A stretch of DNA of 62,046 nt, counting the filler, from Actinomycetota bacterium (GTDB taxonomy: Bacteria > Actinomycetota > Acidimicrobiia > IMCC26256 > VFJJ01): assembly GCA_009886115.1 (NCBI GenBank). It is 4 parts of 4 records of this genome, joined end to end, with 100 filler letters (N's around TTAATTAATTAA, not from the genome) between each part and the next. Parts side by side here need not be neighbours in the genome. Positions count along the whole stretch, not along the records: positions 14,730 to 34,843 come from VFJJ01000138.1; 3 more parts are not named here. The stretch is one strand, 5' to 3'. The translations under genes and the position numbers were made by a program. The notes under the pieces were generated by a model. It was given only the letters and a program-made list of their open reading frames with translations, was not told the origin of the DNA and searched no databases. Shown in pieces: positions 18,995 through 29,098 of the stretch; position 1 is the stretch's first letter; the number at the start of each line of letters is the position of its first letter.

Positions 18995-19645
18995 CTACTT
19001 GCGGCGCCGCTCGTCGAGTCGGGCTGCCAGGGCGGCGGCTTCGGCGCGGCGTTCGAGACCGAGCTTGGCCAGGATGCTCGACACGTAGTTCTTCACGGTT
19101 TTCTCGGCCAGGAACACCCGCTCGCCGATCTGGCGGTTGGTCAACCCCTCGCCGATGTGCACGAGGATCTTGCGCTCCTGGTCGGTGAGCTTGGTCAGCT
19201 CGGATTCGGTCTGGTCACCCGTGCGGATGCGCTCGAGGACGGCGGACGTCACCTTCGGGTCGAGCAGCGAATCGCCGCCAGCGACACGTCGTATCGACTC
19301 GATGAGGTCGTTGCCTCGCACCTGCTTGAGCACGTACCCCGCAGCCCCGGCCATGATCGCGCCGAAGAGCGCCTCGTCCTCGGCGAACGACGTGAGCATC
19401 AGGCAGGCGATCTCGGGGTGATTGCTGCGGATCTCGCGGCACACCTCGACGCCGCTGCCGTCGGGGAGCTGCACGTCGAGCACCGCCACTTGGGGACGCG
19501 TCGGAGGGATACGGGCGAGCGCCTCGGTCACGGTCGAGGCCTCGCCCACGACCTCGATCTCACCGCTCGCCTCGAGCAGGTCGCGTATCCCGCGCCGGAC
19601 AACCTCGTGATCGTCGCAGATGAAGACACGGATCACGCGGCCCAC
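18995..19645 (-). CDS. devR: DosR/DevR-like NarL-family response regulator
   Basis: DDHEVVRRG, LDVQLPDGSG, LTSF, AGAAGYVLK, GLTNRQI...LAEKTVKNYVS; surrounded by DosR-regulon-type genes. Confidence 0.85.
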   Translation of the reverse strand: MGRVIRVFICDDHEVVRRGIRDLLEASGEIEVVGEASTVTEALARIPPTRPQVAVLDVQLPDGSGVEVCREIRSNHPEIACLMLTSFAEDEALFGAIMAGAAGYVLKQVRGNDLIESIRRVAGGDSLLDPKVTSAVLERIRTGDQTESELTKLTDQERKILVHIGEGLTNRQIGERVFLAEKTVKNYVSSILAKLGLERRAEAAALAARLDERRRK

Positions 19646-19723
19646 CTTCCATCAGCGGCGCGCGCGATGTGACCACGGGGTTCGTCCATGCGAGACAGCG
19701 TATTGGGTCACCGGGCGCGCGTC

Positions 19724-19737
19724 GGGACCTCCGGCAC
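19724..19737. promoter_or_regulatory. Candidate DosR box in devR/ftsH divergent region
   Basis: GGGACCTCCGGCAC. Confidence 0.5.
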
Positions 19738-19794
19738 CTGGCGAGCGCCCGACCGGCCCTGGCCCCCCGGTTGTCGAAGGTCGATCCTGATGGC

Positions 19795-21795
19795 ATGGTT
19801 CCCCGGTCGTTGCCTCGGCCCCCGACTCCGGGGCCGCCTGTCGGAGGGCGGCCGACGACGCCGTCGCGCCGGGGTGGAGCCCTCACCTGGGTGTCGGTCG
19901 CGGCGATGGCGCTCATCGGCCTCTTCGTGTTGTCGACGCTGACGGAGGAACGCTCCCCACGCGACGGGCTCCCATACTCGAGCTTCCTCGCCGAGGTGCG
20001 AGCCGGACGGGTGAGCCAGGTGAGGATCGAGGGCGAGTCCGGGCGCATCGAGGGACGACGGGTCGACGGGTCGGAGTTCACCACCCAGGGCCCGTCGGGG
20101 ACGGTGCCCGATGCCGACCTGGCGCTGCTCGACGACGAGGCCGTGGCGCGCGATTACGCCGAGGCGCCCGGCGACAGCGGCTGGATCGGCTCCCTCCTGG
20201 TGTTCCTGCTGCCGATGGGGCTGCTCGTCGTGCTGTTCGTGTGGATGTCGCGCCGCACCCAGTCGCAGATCAGCGGAGCGGCCACGTTCGGCCGCAGCCC
20301 GGGACGGGTGCACACCACCGAGCGCCCGGCCACGACGTTCGCCGACGTCGCCGGCTACGGCGCCGTGAAGGACGATGTCAGCGAGGTCGTCGACTTCCTC
20401 AAGAACCCGTCCAAGTTCCGCGACATCGGCGCCCGGATTCCCAAGGGGGTCTTGCTCGTCGGCCCGCCCGGCACCGGCAAGACGCTCATCGCCAAGGCCG
20501 TCGCCGGTGAGGCCGAGGTGCCGTTCATCTCGGTCACGGGCTCTGACTTCATGGAGATGTTCGTGGGCGTGGGCGCGGCCCGGGTGCGGGGACTGTTCGA
20601 GGAGGCCCGGAAGCAGACGCCGTCGATCATCAACGCCTCCGAGATCGACTCGATCGGCCGCAAGCGGAGGACCGGGCTCGGTGGCGGCCACGACGAGCGT
20701 GAGCAGACCCTCAACCAGCTCCTGTCGGAGATGGACGGCTTCGACACCTCCGAAGGCATCGTCGTGATGGCCGCGACCAACCGACCCGACATCCTCGACC
20801 CGGCACTGCTGCGCGCCGGCCGCTTCGACCGCCAAGTGCTCATCCCCTTGCCGTCACTGGAGGAACGTGCGGCGATCCTGAAGGTCCACTGCCGCGACAA
20901 ACGGCTCGACGACGACATCGACCTCGCGGTCGTCGCTCGGGGCACGCCCGGCATGAGCGGTGCCGATCTGGCCAACCTGGTGAACGAGGCGGCGCTCGGC
21001 GCGGTCCGCCGTGGCGACGTCGCCGTGCATGCCGGCGACTTCGACACGGCGCGGGATCGGATCCTGATGGGGCTCAAGCGAACGTCACTGGCCCTGACCC
21101 TCGACGAGAAGCAGCTGATCGCTCACCACGAGGCCGGTCACGCCCTCGCCGCGCACCTCCTCCCGTTGGCCGACCCTGTGCACAAGGTCTCGATCCTGCC
21201 CACGGGCATGGCCCTCGGGATCACCCAGCAACTCCCCCAGGGTGAGCGGCATCTGTACCAACGGCGCTACCTGCTCGACATGCTGGCCGTGCAGCTCGCG
21301 GGCCGCGTCGCCGAGGAGCTCACCTTCGGCGATGTCTCGACCGGGGCCGCCAACGATCTCGCCGAGGCCACCCAGACGGCCCGGCGCATGGTGAGCGAGT
21401 GGGGCATGTCGGCTCGGCTCGGCCCGATGGCGTGGGGCGCACAGGGGCCGGTCTTTCTCGGTGAGGATCTCGTCCACAGCCGGGACTTCTCCGAGCAGAC
21501 CGCCCACACCATCGACGAGGAGGTCGAGCGGATCCTGGCCGAGCAGGACTGCCGGGTCCGCCAGCTGCTCGGCGACCAGCGCGAGGCCCTCGAGGCGATT
21601 GCCGGGGCGCTGATCGAGCACGAGACGATCGACGGGGCCACGGTCGCCGCCCTGGCTCGCCGTGGCGACGGGGCCCACGACGATGTCGTCGTTGCCACCC
21701 TCTCCGATCCTGTGATCTTGACAAGGCGGCCGTACGCGGCCCTCGAACCTGAATGCGAGGCCAGCAATGGTGCACATCCATGCCAACACCGGTGA
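19795..21795 (+). CDS. ftsH: FtsH-family AAA+ zinc metalloprotease with degenerate Walker B
   Basis: Two TM segments, GPPGTGKT, FMEMFVGVG pore, ATNRPD..D.AL.RAGRFD, HEAGH; Walker B reads IINASE; start uncertain. Confidence 0.9.
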   Translation: MVPRSLPRPPTPGPPVGGRPTTPSRRGGALTWVSVAAMALIGLFVLSTLTEERSPRDGLPYSSFLAEVRAGRVSQVRIEGESGRIEGRRVDGSEFTTQGPSGTVPDADLALLDDEAVARDYAEAPGDSGWIGSLLVFLLPMGLLVVLFVWMSRRTQSQISGAATFGRSPGRVHTTERPATTFADVAGYGAVKDDVSEVVDFLKNPSKFRDIGARIPKGVLLVGPPGTGKTLIAKAVAGEAEVPFISVTGSDFMEMFVGVGAARVRGLFEEARKQTPSIINASEIDSIGRKRRTGLGGGHDEREQTLNQLLSEMDGFDTSEGIVVMAATNRPDILDPALLRAGRFDRQVLIPLPSLEERAAILKVHCRDKRLDDDIDLAVVARGTPGMSGADLANLVNEAALGAVRRGDVAVHAGDFDTARDRILMGLKRTSLALTLDEKQLIAHHEAGHALAAHLLPLADPVHKVSILPTGMALGITQQLPQGERHLYQRRYLLDMLAVQLAGRVAEELTFGDVSTGAANDLAEATQTARRMVSEWGMSARLGPMAWGAQGPVFLGEDLVHSRDFSEQTAHTIDEEVERILAEQDCRVRQLLGDQREALEAIAGALIEHETIDGATVAALARRGDGAHDDVVVATLSDPVILTRRPYAALEPECEASNGAHPCQHR

Positions 21796-21982
21796 CCAGA
21801 TCGTCGTCGACCCGATGCACGTCGGTGAGCCGCCCCGCAAGGGCGAGATCATCGAGATGATCGGCACGGGCGACGCGGAGCATTTCCGGGTCCGATGGGA
21901 CGACGGTCACGTGTCGCTGTTCTTCGGCGGCGCCACCACCCGCATCGAGCCCCTCGGAGACCACGCCCACGAACCGGGGTGA
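21767..21982 (+). CDS. DUF1918-domain protein
   Basis: HANTGDQIVV...RKGEI.E..G......VRWDDGHVSLFF.G. Confidence 0.88.
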   Translation: MVHIHANTGDQIVVDPMHVGEPPRKGEIIEMIGTGDAEHFRVRWDDGHVSLFFGGATTRIEPLGDHAHEPG

Positions 21983-22054
21983 ACGGTCGCGCCTGGCGGA
22001 CCCGACACGCGCCGAGCCTGTTTCGACCGTGGTTTTCGCTCGAGTGCCGGCACC

Positions 22055-23770
22055 TCAGGTACCCGATGGCGGGCGCTCGTCCTCCCAGTCGGACCAAGCC
22101 GTGCCCGTGGTGCGGACGTATTCAGACACGGCCGTTCCGATGGTCGGGAAGAAGCGATCGGGCCCGAATCGCTCGGTGAGCCCATAGCGGGCCAGCCGGT
22201 CCTTCGCTGGTCCCTTGAGCTCGGCGAAGACGAGGTGCACCCCACCAAGTCGCAGGTGGTCGTCGAGCTCGACGAGCTCGTCGGCCGCGGTGACGTCGAC
22301 GTCGGTGATGGGCTCGGCGGCGATGACGACCCATCGGACGGGAGTTGGCGCCGCCTCGACGAGCCGACGCACGAAACGGTCGAAGGCCGCCCCGTTGGCG
22401 AAGAACAAGGGTGCATCGAACCGGGCGATCACCAGGCCCGGGATGCGACGCCCCTCGGGGTGACGCAGCACGTCGTGGTAGCCCTTGCGCTGCTCGACAC
22501 GAACGAGCTCGGTCATGTGCGGTCGCCAGGCCTTGGCGATGAACACCAAGAGCGACAAAGCAACGGCGACCCCGATCCCTCGCAGTGGCCCGAGGAACAC
22601 GACGCCGAGGAACGCGGCCAGCGACAAGCCCAGCTCGGCCGGGCTGGCTCGGCCCAAGCGGGTCAGGCCTGGGAGATCGAAGAGCGAGGACACCGCGATC
22701 ACGACGACGGCGGCCAGCGCGGCCGACGGCACGTTGCTGGTGAGCCCGGGGAGAGCGAGCACGAGCGTCATGGTGCACGCCGCGGCCACGAGCGAAGCGA
22801 GCTGTGTCTTGGCTCCGGCCGCTTCCAGGGCCGGTGTGCGCGACGAGCTGGCCGAGACCGGGAACCCTCCGAGGAGGCCGGTCGCGGCATTGGTGAGGCC
22901 GACGGCGATCATCTCGCGGCTCTGGTCGACGTCGCTGCCCTCACGAGCGGCATAGGTGCGAGACAGCACCCCGGTGTCGGCGAAGGCGACCATGGCGATG
23001 CCCAGTGCCGCGGGGAACAGGCTCACCAGGTCGTTCCATCGGAGGGAACCGAGGGCCGGAGCGGGAACGCCACGGTCGAGGCGACCGACGACCGGCAGCT
23101 CGCCGTACCAGCCCAGCGCCCACACCGCCACGGTGGCGGCACCCAGCGCCACGAGCATCGCCGGAAGTCGAGGCATGGCGCGCCGCACGACGACGATCGC
23201 GACCAGGGTGGCCGTTCCCGCCCCGAGCGCCCGTCCATTGGTCGCCCCGTCGGCCAGCGCTTCGACAATCGCTCGGGCCTCATCGATCAACCCGTCGGCG
23301 TCGACCCCGAACCCGGCCAGGGTGGGGAACTGGCCGACGATCACCGTGAGCGCCACGCCGTGGAGGAATCCGATGCGGATCGGTTTCGAGAGCAGGTCGG
23401 TCACGAGGCCCAGGCGCGCCACCCCCGCGACGGCGAGAATGAGCCCGGTCATGACGGCCAGGGCGCCGGCTGCGGCGACGGCCCGCTCAGGTCGACCGTC
23501 GTCGAGCGACACGATCGACGCCGCGATGAGCGGGACGAGCGACGAATCGGGACCGACGACCATGATGCGTGACGGCCCGACGAGCGCGTACACGGTCAGG
23601 GCGACGACCGTGGCGTACAGGCCGTTGACGGCAGGGAGCCCTGATGCCTGTGCGTACCCGATGCCAGCTGGCACGACGAGCGCGGTGAGGGCGATGCCGG
23701 CCGCCAGATCGCTCCGCAGCCACTCGGGTCGGTACCTCTTCGACGCCAAGAGACCCCATGCCGTCGTCAT
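22055..23770 (-). CDS. SulP/SLC26 anion transporter with STAS domain
   Basis: DLAAGIAL...VPAGIGYA, GPDSS, SASSSRT, FDAPLFFAN. Confidence 0.93.
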   Translation of the reverse strand: MTTAWGLLASKRYRPEWLRSDLAAGIALTALVVPAGIGYAQASGLPAVNGLYATVVALTVYALVGPSRIMVVGPDSSLVPLIAASIVSLDDGRPERAVAAAGALAVMTGLILAVAGVARLGLVTDLLSKPIRIGFLHGVALTVIVGQFPTLAGFGVDADGLIDEARAIVEALADGATNGRALGAGTATLVAIVVVRRAMPRLPAMLVALGAATVAVWALGWYGELPVVGRLDRGVPAPALGSLRWNDLVSLFPAALGIAMVAFADTGVLSRTYAAREGSDVDQSREMIAVGLTNAATGLLGGFPVSASSSRTPALEAAGAKTQLASLVAAACTMTLVLALPGLTSNVPSAALAAVVVIAVSSLFDLPGLTRLGRASPAELGLSLAAFLGVVFLGPLRGIGVAVALSLLVFIAKAWRPHMTELVRVEQRKGYHDVLRHPEGRRIPGLVIARFDAPLFFANGAAFDRFVRRLVEAAPTPVRWVVIAAEPITDVDVTAADELVELDDHLRLGGVHLVFAELKGPAKDRLARYGLTERFGPDRFFPTIGTAVSEYVRTTGTAWSDWEDERPPSGT

Positions 23771-23835
23771 GGGGCGGGGAGCGTCTGGTACTGGGCGGCG
23801 AGCCTGCTGCACGGGCACGTTCGATGGTCTCTGAC

Positions 23836-23970
23836 CTTGCCCGGGACGTGGTAGCGCAATGCGGCCGTGGTGATGCCGACCTCGGCGGCGACGCCGGCGT
23901 AGCTGATCGCGTTGAAGCCCCGTGTCGGGACGAGGCGCTCTGCCGCGTCGAGCACCCGGAATCCCGTGTC
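23836..23970 (-). pseudogene. TetR-family HTH fragment
   Basis: RVLDAAERLV..RGFNAISYAGVAAEVGITTAALRYHVPGK, no ligand-binding domain. Confidence 0.7.
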
Positions 23971-24143
23971 GCAGTTGCCCGTCTGCTGCAGCTTCACGGT
24001 CACACTGTCATCATGACGTGCGCGCCACCCCGGACAGCCCCTCGGATTCCGACGCGGGGGAGAGGGCGCTCTCAGCTCGTTCAGGGATGTCGACAGGAGA
24101 TCGGCCTCAGAGAGTCGGTCTTTCAACGCCGCGCGGTTGAGAT

Positions 24144-24785
24144 GTGATCTGGTCGGGGAGTTCGGAGCGTCGGCGGGTCGCGGTCTCGGCGTGCTGTGGG
24201 TTCACGTCCGGTGCGGTTGCAGCGTTCGTGACGGTGTGGCAGCTGGCGGTGCTGGTGGGTTGGGTCGTCATGGCGTCGGTGCTTCTGGTCTCGGTATGGC
24301 TCGAAATCGGGCACCTGGACGCGGTGATGACGGCGAGGGTGGCAACGCGTGAGGATGACAGTCGCGCCGCGGCGAGGGCGGTGCTCGTCGCGGCGAGCGT
24401 GCTGAGCTTGGGCGCGATCGTGGCGGCGTTGCATCGCGCGTCGAGCGCGAGCGTCGGGCTCGAGGTCGCGCTGACCGCGGCATCGCTGCTCGCGGTGGTC
24501 GTATCGTGGCTGGTGGTGAACACGGTGTTCGTGTTGCGGTATGCGCACCTTGTCTATGGGGGTGCAACGGTGGGGGGTGTCGAGTTCCCTGGTGGTGAGG
24601 CGCCGCGCTACCGCGACTTCGCGTATCTTGGGTTCACGGTCGGGATGACGTTCCAGGTGTCGGACACCCCGATCACCGATGGCACGTTCCGTGCGACGGT
24701 GTTGCGTCATGCGCTGCTGTCGTACATGTTCAGCATCGCGACGATCGCGATGACCATCAACGTGGTCTCCGGTTTCGTGCGTTGA
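24144..24785 (+). CDS. DUF1345 membrane protein
   Basis: RYAHL.Y, P.YRDFAY.GFTVGMTFQVSD, VLRHALLSY. Confidence 0.88.
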   Translation: MIWSGSSERRRVAVSACCGFTSGAVAAFVTVWQLAVLVGWVVMASVLLVSVWLEIGHLDAVMTARVATREDDSRAAARAVLVAASVLSLGAIVAALHRASSASVGLEVALTAASLLAVVVSWLVVNTVFVLRYAHLVYGGATVGGVEFPGGEAPRYRDFAYLGFTVGMTFQVSDTPITDGTFRATVLRHALLSYMFSIATIAMTINVVSGFVR

Positions 24786-24828
24786 CGTCGTGATGGTGGT
24801 GCGATCGGGCCGGGCCGCCCGCGCCGGC

Positions 24829-24842
24829 GGGACGTTGGACCC
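24829..24842. promoter_or_regulatory. Candidate DosR box upstream of P-type ATPase
   Basis: GGGACGTTGGACCC. Confidence 0.55.
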
Positions 24843-24874
24843 ATGGCGGCCACCCGCGGCGTCGGGCATGGTGA

Positions 24875-27517
24875 GTGGCGGTGAGCGTCCCTCAAACCCA
24901 CGCACCCGTCGCGCCCGTCGGCCCGGCCGGGCTTTCCTCAGCCGAAGCAGCGGCGCGGCTGGCGCGCGATGGGCCGAACATCCTGCCCCGGCAGAAGCCG
25001 CCCTCGTCGGTGCGCCAGCTCATCGAGCAGTTCACGCACTTCTTCGCGTTGATGCTGTGGGTGGCCGGGGCGCTGGCGTTCGTGGCGGGCATGCCGCAGC
25101 TCGGGATCGCCATCATCGTGGTGGTCCTCGTCAACGGCGTGTTCGCGTGGCTGCAGCAGCACCGGGCCGACCGGGCCGCCGCGAGCCTCCAGAACCTGCT
25201 CCCCGTGCGGTCGACCGTCATTCGCGACGGTGTCGCGCGGACCATCGACGCTTCGGAGCTCGTCGTGGGCGACCGTGTGCGGCTCGAGGCCGGCGACCGG
25301 ATCTCGGCCGACCTGATCGCAGCCGAGATCCACGACCTCGCGGTCGACACGTCGACGTTGACGGGCGAGAGCGTTCCCGAGCGCCTGCCCGACGGAGCGA
25401 TCCTCCACGCCGGGACCTTCGTCGTTGAGGGTCTGGCCGAGGCCGAGGTGATCGCCGTCGGCGCCGAGACCCGCTTGGCGGCGATCGCCGAGCTGAGCCG
25501 GGCGGGACGGCGTTCACCGAGCCCGCTCGCCCGGGAGCTCGACCGTGTCGTGAAGCTCGTCGCCCGGATCGCCGTGCTCGTGGGCCTGTCGTTCTTCGCC
25601 ATCGCGTTGCTGATCGGGACCCCGGCCAGTGACGGCTTCTTGTTCGCGGTGGGTGTCACCGTGGCGCTCGTCCCCGAAGGGCTGCTGCCGACGGTCACCC
25701 TGTCGCTTGCGGTGGGTGCGCAACGCATGGCCGACCGGAACGCGCTCGTCCGGCGCCTGGAGTCGGTGGCCACGTTGGGCTCGACGACGTTCATCTGCAC
25801 CGACAAGACCGGAACCTTGACCCGCAACGAGATGGCGGTCGTCGCCGTCTGGACCCCTCTCGGCACCGCGACCGTCGAGGGCCGGGGGTACGAGCCCGTC
25901 GGCACGGTCGAGGCCACGCCCGAGGTACGACCGACGTTGGAGCGGCTGGCGGTGAGCGCGTTGACGTGCTCGGTGGGTCGGGTGGTGCGCAATGGCGAGA
26001 GCTGGACTGCCCAGGGTGATCCGATGGAGGCCGCGCTCGACGTTTTCGCCCAGCGGTTGGGGGTGAGCGCAATCGCGGATGTGGTGCGACGGTTCCCCTT
26101 CGACCCTCGGCGCCGGCGGATGTCGGCCGTGGCCGGAGGGACGCTGCACGTGAAGGGCGCGCCCGACGCCGTGCTCAGTCGCTGCACGTCCGGCGTCGAC
26201 GGCGTGGACCGGGCGGTGGAGGGCTTCGTGGAGCGGGGTTTCCGGGTCCTGGCCGTGGCCTCTCGAACCGGACCGCTCCCGGCTGGTAGCACTGCCGACA
26301 GCGCCGAGACCGACCTCGAGCTGCTGGGACTGGTGGCGCTCCAGGATCCGCCCCGAGCCGAGGTGGCCGGGGCCATCGCGGCGTGCCGGGTCGCGGGCAT
26401 CCGTGTCGCGATGATCACCGGCGATCATCCCGGGACGGCCCGGGCGATCGCCGACGAGGTCGGCCTGTCCCTCCCCGGCAGCATCGTCGTGGAGGGTCGC
26501 GACCTCCCGACCGACGACCAGGTGCTCGCCGCGCTCGTCGACCGCGACGGCATCGTGCTGGCTCGGGTCGACCCCGAGGACAAGCTGCGCATCGCCCGGG
26601 CCCTGCGCAGCCGGGGCCATGTCGTGGCCATGACCGGCGACGGGGTGAACGACGGTCCGGCGCTGCGCGAAGCCGATATCGGCGTGGCGATGGGTCGCAG
26701 CGGCACCGACGTGGCCCGCGAGGCCGCCGACCTCGTGCTGCTCGACGACGACTTCGCCACCATCGTCGCCGCCGTCGAGCACGGGCGAGCCACCTTTGCC
26801 AACGTGCAGCGGTTCCTCACCTACCACCTCACCGACAACGTGGCCGAGCTCACCCCGTTCGCGGTGTGGGCCCTTTCGGGCGGACGGTTCCCGCTCGCGC
26901 TCGCGGTGATGCAGATCCTGTGCCTCGACATCGGTACCGACATGCTGCCGGCGCTGGCGCTCGGGGCCGAGGCGCCCAGCCCCGACGTGTTGCGCCGCCC
27001 GCCATGGCGGGCGCACCTCTTCAACCGGCACGTGCTCACCCGGGTGTTCGGCGTGCTCGGACCGGTCGAGGCCCTCGTGGAGATGGTGGCGTTCATCGCC
27101 GGGCTCGCCGCGGCCGGATGGAGGCCGGGCGACGACTTCCCCGAGGGCCACCAACTGGCTGCGGCGTCCGGCGCCGCCTTCTCGGCCGTGGTCATCGGCC
27201 AGATGGCCAACGCCTTCGCCTGTCGCAGCTCCACCCGCACGCCCGGTCAGATGGGCTGGACGAGCAATCGACTGCTCATCGGGGCTGTCGCCATCGAGCT
27301 CGTGGCCCTGGCGGGTTTCTTGTACATCGGACCGGTCGCCGACGCCCTCGACCACGCCGGTCCACCACTCGCCGGGGCCTTGGTGGCGCTGGCGGCGTTC
27401 CCTGCGGTGCTGTGCGCCGATGCGCTCGAGAAGCGGTGGCGGCGCCGGGGGTCGGTGACCTCGCTGACGGTGGCAGGGCCGATCGGGCCGATCGGGCCGA
27501 GCGCTGTCGCATCGTGA
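24875..27517 (+). CDS. P2-type cation-transporting ATPase (CtpF-like)
   Basis: TGES, VPEGL, DKTGTLT, KGAP, TGDHP, TGDGVND. Confidence 0.95.
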   Translation: MAVSVPQTHAPVAPVGPAGLSSAEAAARLARDGPNILPRQKPPSSVRQLIEQFTHFFALMLWVAGALAFVAGMPQLGIAIIVVVLVNGVFAWLQQHRADRAAASLQNLLPVRSTVIRDGVARTIDASELVVGDRVRLEAGDRISADLIAAEIHDLAVDTSTLTGESVPERLPDGAILHAGTFVVEGLAEAEVIAVGAETRLAAIAELSRAGRRSPSPLARELDRVVKLVARIAVLVGLSFFAIALLIGTPASDGFLFAVGVTVALVPEGLLPTVTLSLAVGAQRMADRNALVRRLESVATLGSTTFICTDKTGTLTRNEMAVVAVWTPLGTATVEGRGYEPVGTVEATPEVRPTLERLAVSALTCSVGRVVRNGESWTAQGDPMEAALDVFAQRLGVSAIADVVRRFPFDPRRRRMSAVAGGTLHVKGAPDAVLSRCTSGVDGVDRAVEGFVERGFRVLAVASRTGPLPAGSTADSAETDLELLGLVALQDPPRAEVAGAIAACRVAGIRVAMITGDHPGTARAIADEVGLSLPGSIVVEGRDLPTDDQVLAALVDRDGIVLARVDPEDKLRIARALRSRGHVVAMTGDGVNDGPALREADIGVAMGRSGTDVAREAADLVLLDDDFATIVAAVEHGRATFANVQRFLTYHLTDNVAELTPFAVWALSGGRFPLALAVMQILCLDIGTDMLPALALGAEAPSPDVLRRPPWRAHLFNRHVLTRVFGVLGPVEALVEMVAFIAGLAAAGWRPGDDFPEGHQLAAASGAAFSAVVIGQMANAFACRSSTRTPGQMGWTSNRLLIGAVAIELVALAGFLYIGPVADALDHAGPPLAGALVALAAFPAVLCADALEKRWRRRGSVTSLTVAGPIGPIGPSAVAS

Positions 27518-28989
27518 CGTCGCACCTCGACGTGAGCGAGACGCACATCTCGAAGCTGTTCTTCGTGGGCGAGACGGTGTACAAGGCGAACAAGGCGCTC
27601 GATCTCGGGTTCCTCGACCACACGACGCTCGAGGCCCGGCGTCACGCCTGCGAGCGGGAGGTGACCGTCAACCGGCGGTTCGCCCCCGACGTGTACCACG
27701 GCGTCGCGACCCTGCTCGGCCCCGACGGTGCACCGTGCGAGTACCTGGTGGTGATGCGCCGCATGCCCGACGATCGTCGGCTGACGGCGCTGCTCGCAGA
27801 ACCCGAGGGGCCCGACTGCGTGCGCGAGGTGGCCCGTGCGGTGGCGGCCATCCACGCCGTGGCTCCGGCGTCTGCCGGCATCAGCGCCCAGGGCTCCGTC
27901 GAGGCCGTCAGGCGGAACTGGCTCGACAACTTCGACCAGATGCGAGCGCTCGGTGACATCCTCCCGGAGACGACCCTCGACCGGGCCGGCGACGCCGCAT
28001 TGCGCTACCTCGAGGGGCGGCAGGAGCTGTTCGAGCATCGACGCCACGCCGGACGGATCCGAGACGGGCACGGCGACCTGCTGGCCGACGACATCTTCTG
28101 CCTCGCCGACGGCCCTCGCCTGCTCGACGCCCTGGCCTTCCGAGACGACCTGCGCCACGGCGACGTGCTGCTCGACGCGGGCTTCCTGGCCATGGATCTC
28201 GAACGGCTGGGCCATCCCGACCTTGCCCAGCGCTTCCTGGCCTGGTACCGCGAGTACTCAGCCGACAACTTCCCCGACAGCCTGGCGCAGCACTACATCG
28301 CCTACCGGGCGCAGGTCCGGGCCAAGATCGGCGCCATGCGCGCGCACCAGGGCGATCCGGCCGCAGCCGAGGCTGCCCGATCGCTGCTCGCCCTGTGCCA
28401 GCGACACCTCGACGCGGCTCGGGTACGGCTCGTGCTGGTCGGCGGCCTCCCGGCCACCGGCAAGAGCACGGTCGCCGATGCCGTCGTCGACGCCACCGGC
28501 TGGACGGTGCTGCGCAGCGACGAGGTGCGCAAGGAGCTCGCCGGTCTGGCCCACGGGGCTTCGATGGCCGACGCGCCCGGCGCGGGTCGCTACAGCCTCG
28601 ACGAACGAGCAGCCGTGTACCGGGAGTGCCTGCGCAGGGCCGGCCGTCTGCTGAGCCTGGGCGAGACCGTGGTGCTCGACGCGTCGTTCACCGAGGTCGA
28701 ATGGCGCACCGAAGCGGCCGCTGTTGCCGTGGGCTGCGCCGCCGACCTGGTCGAGCTGTGCTGCGTCGCCCCCTTCGCCGTCGCCGAGCGCCGGCTTCGC
28801 GCTCGGAGCATGAGCGAGCCCTCGATCTCCGACGCCGACGCCGCGGTCTTCGCCCACCTCCGAGCCACCACGGCGCCCTGGGCCAGGGCGTTCGTCGTCG
28901 ACACCCGTGGCCCGAGGGAGAAGACGATCGCAGCCGCCCTGGCCCACCTCGGCGTCTCCGCGCCCTCGGGCGTCCCGGCCAGGGGGTGA
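27514..28989 (+). CDS. Bifunctional aminoglycoside-phosphotransferase-like/AAA_33 protein (Rv2004c-like)
   Basis: ETHIS, GHGDL..DDIF, GGLPATGKST, RSDEVRKEL; GTGA coupling to ATPase. Confidence 0.9.
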   Translation: MTSHLDVSETHISKLFFVGETVYKANKALDLGFLDHTTLEARRHACEREVTVNRRFAPDVYHGVATLLGPDGAPCEYLVVMRRMPDDRRLTALLAEPEGPDCVREVARAVAAIHAVAPASAGISAQGSVEAVRRNWLDNFDQMRALGDILPETTLDRAGDAALRYLEGRQELFEHRRHAGRIRDGHGDLLADDIFCLADGPRLLDALAFRDDLRHGDVLLDAGFLAMDLERLGHPDLAQRFLAWYREYSADNFPDSLAQHYIAYRAQVRAKIGAMRAHQGDPAAAEAARSLLALCQRHLDAARVRLVLVGGLPATGKSTVADAVVDATGWTVLRSDEVRKELAGLAHGASMADAPGAGRYSLDERAAVYRECLRRAGRLLSLGETVVLDASFTEVEWRTEAAAVAVGCAADLVELCCVAPFAVAERRLRARSMSEPSISDADAAVFAHLRATTAPWARAFVVDTRGPREKTIAAALAHLGVSAPSGVPARG

Positions 28990-28999
28990 CGTTCGGCCC
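28986..28999. promoter_or_regulatory. Candidate DosR box
   Basis: GTGACGTTCGGCCC. Confidence 0.45.
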
Positions 29000-29098
29000 T
29001 GTCATCGTACGAACGCTTCACGTACGGTCCAAAAAGGTTTGAAGTTCGCTCATGGTGAGCATGGGAGTACGTGACGTGGTCGACCCCAGGGAGATGTG

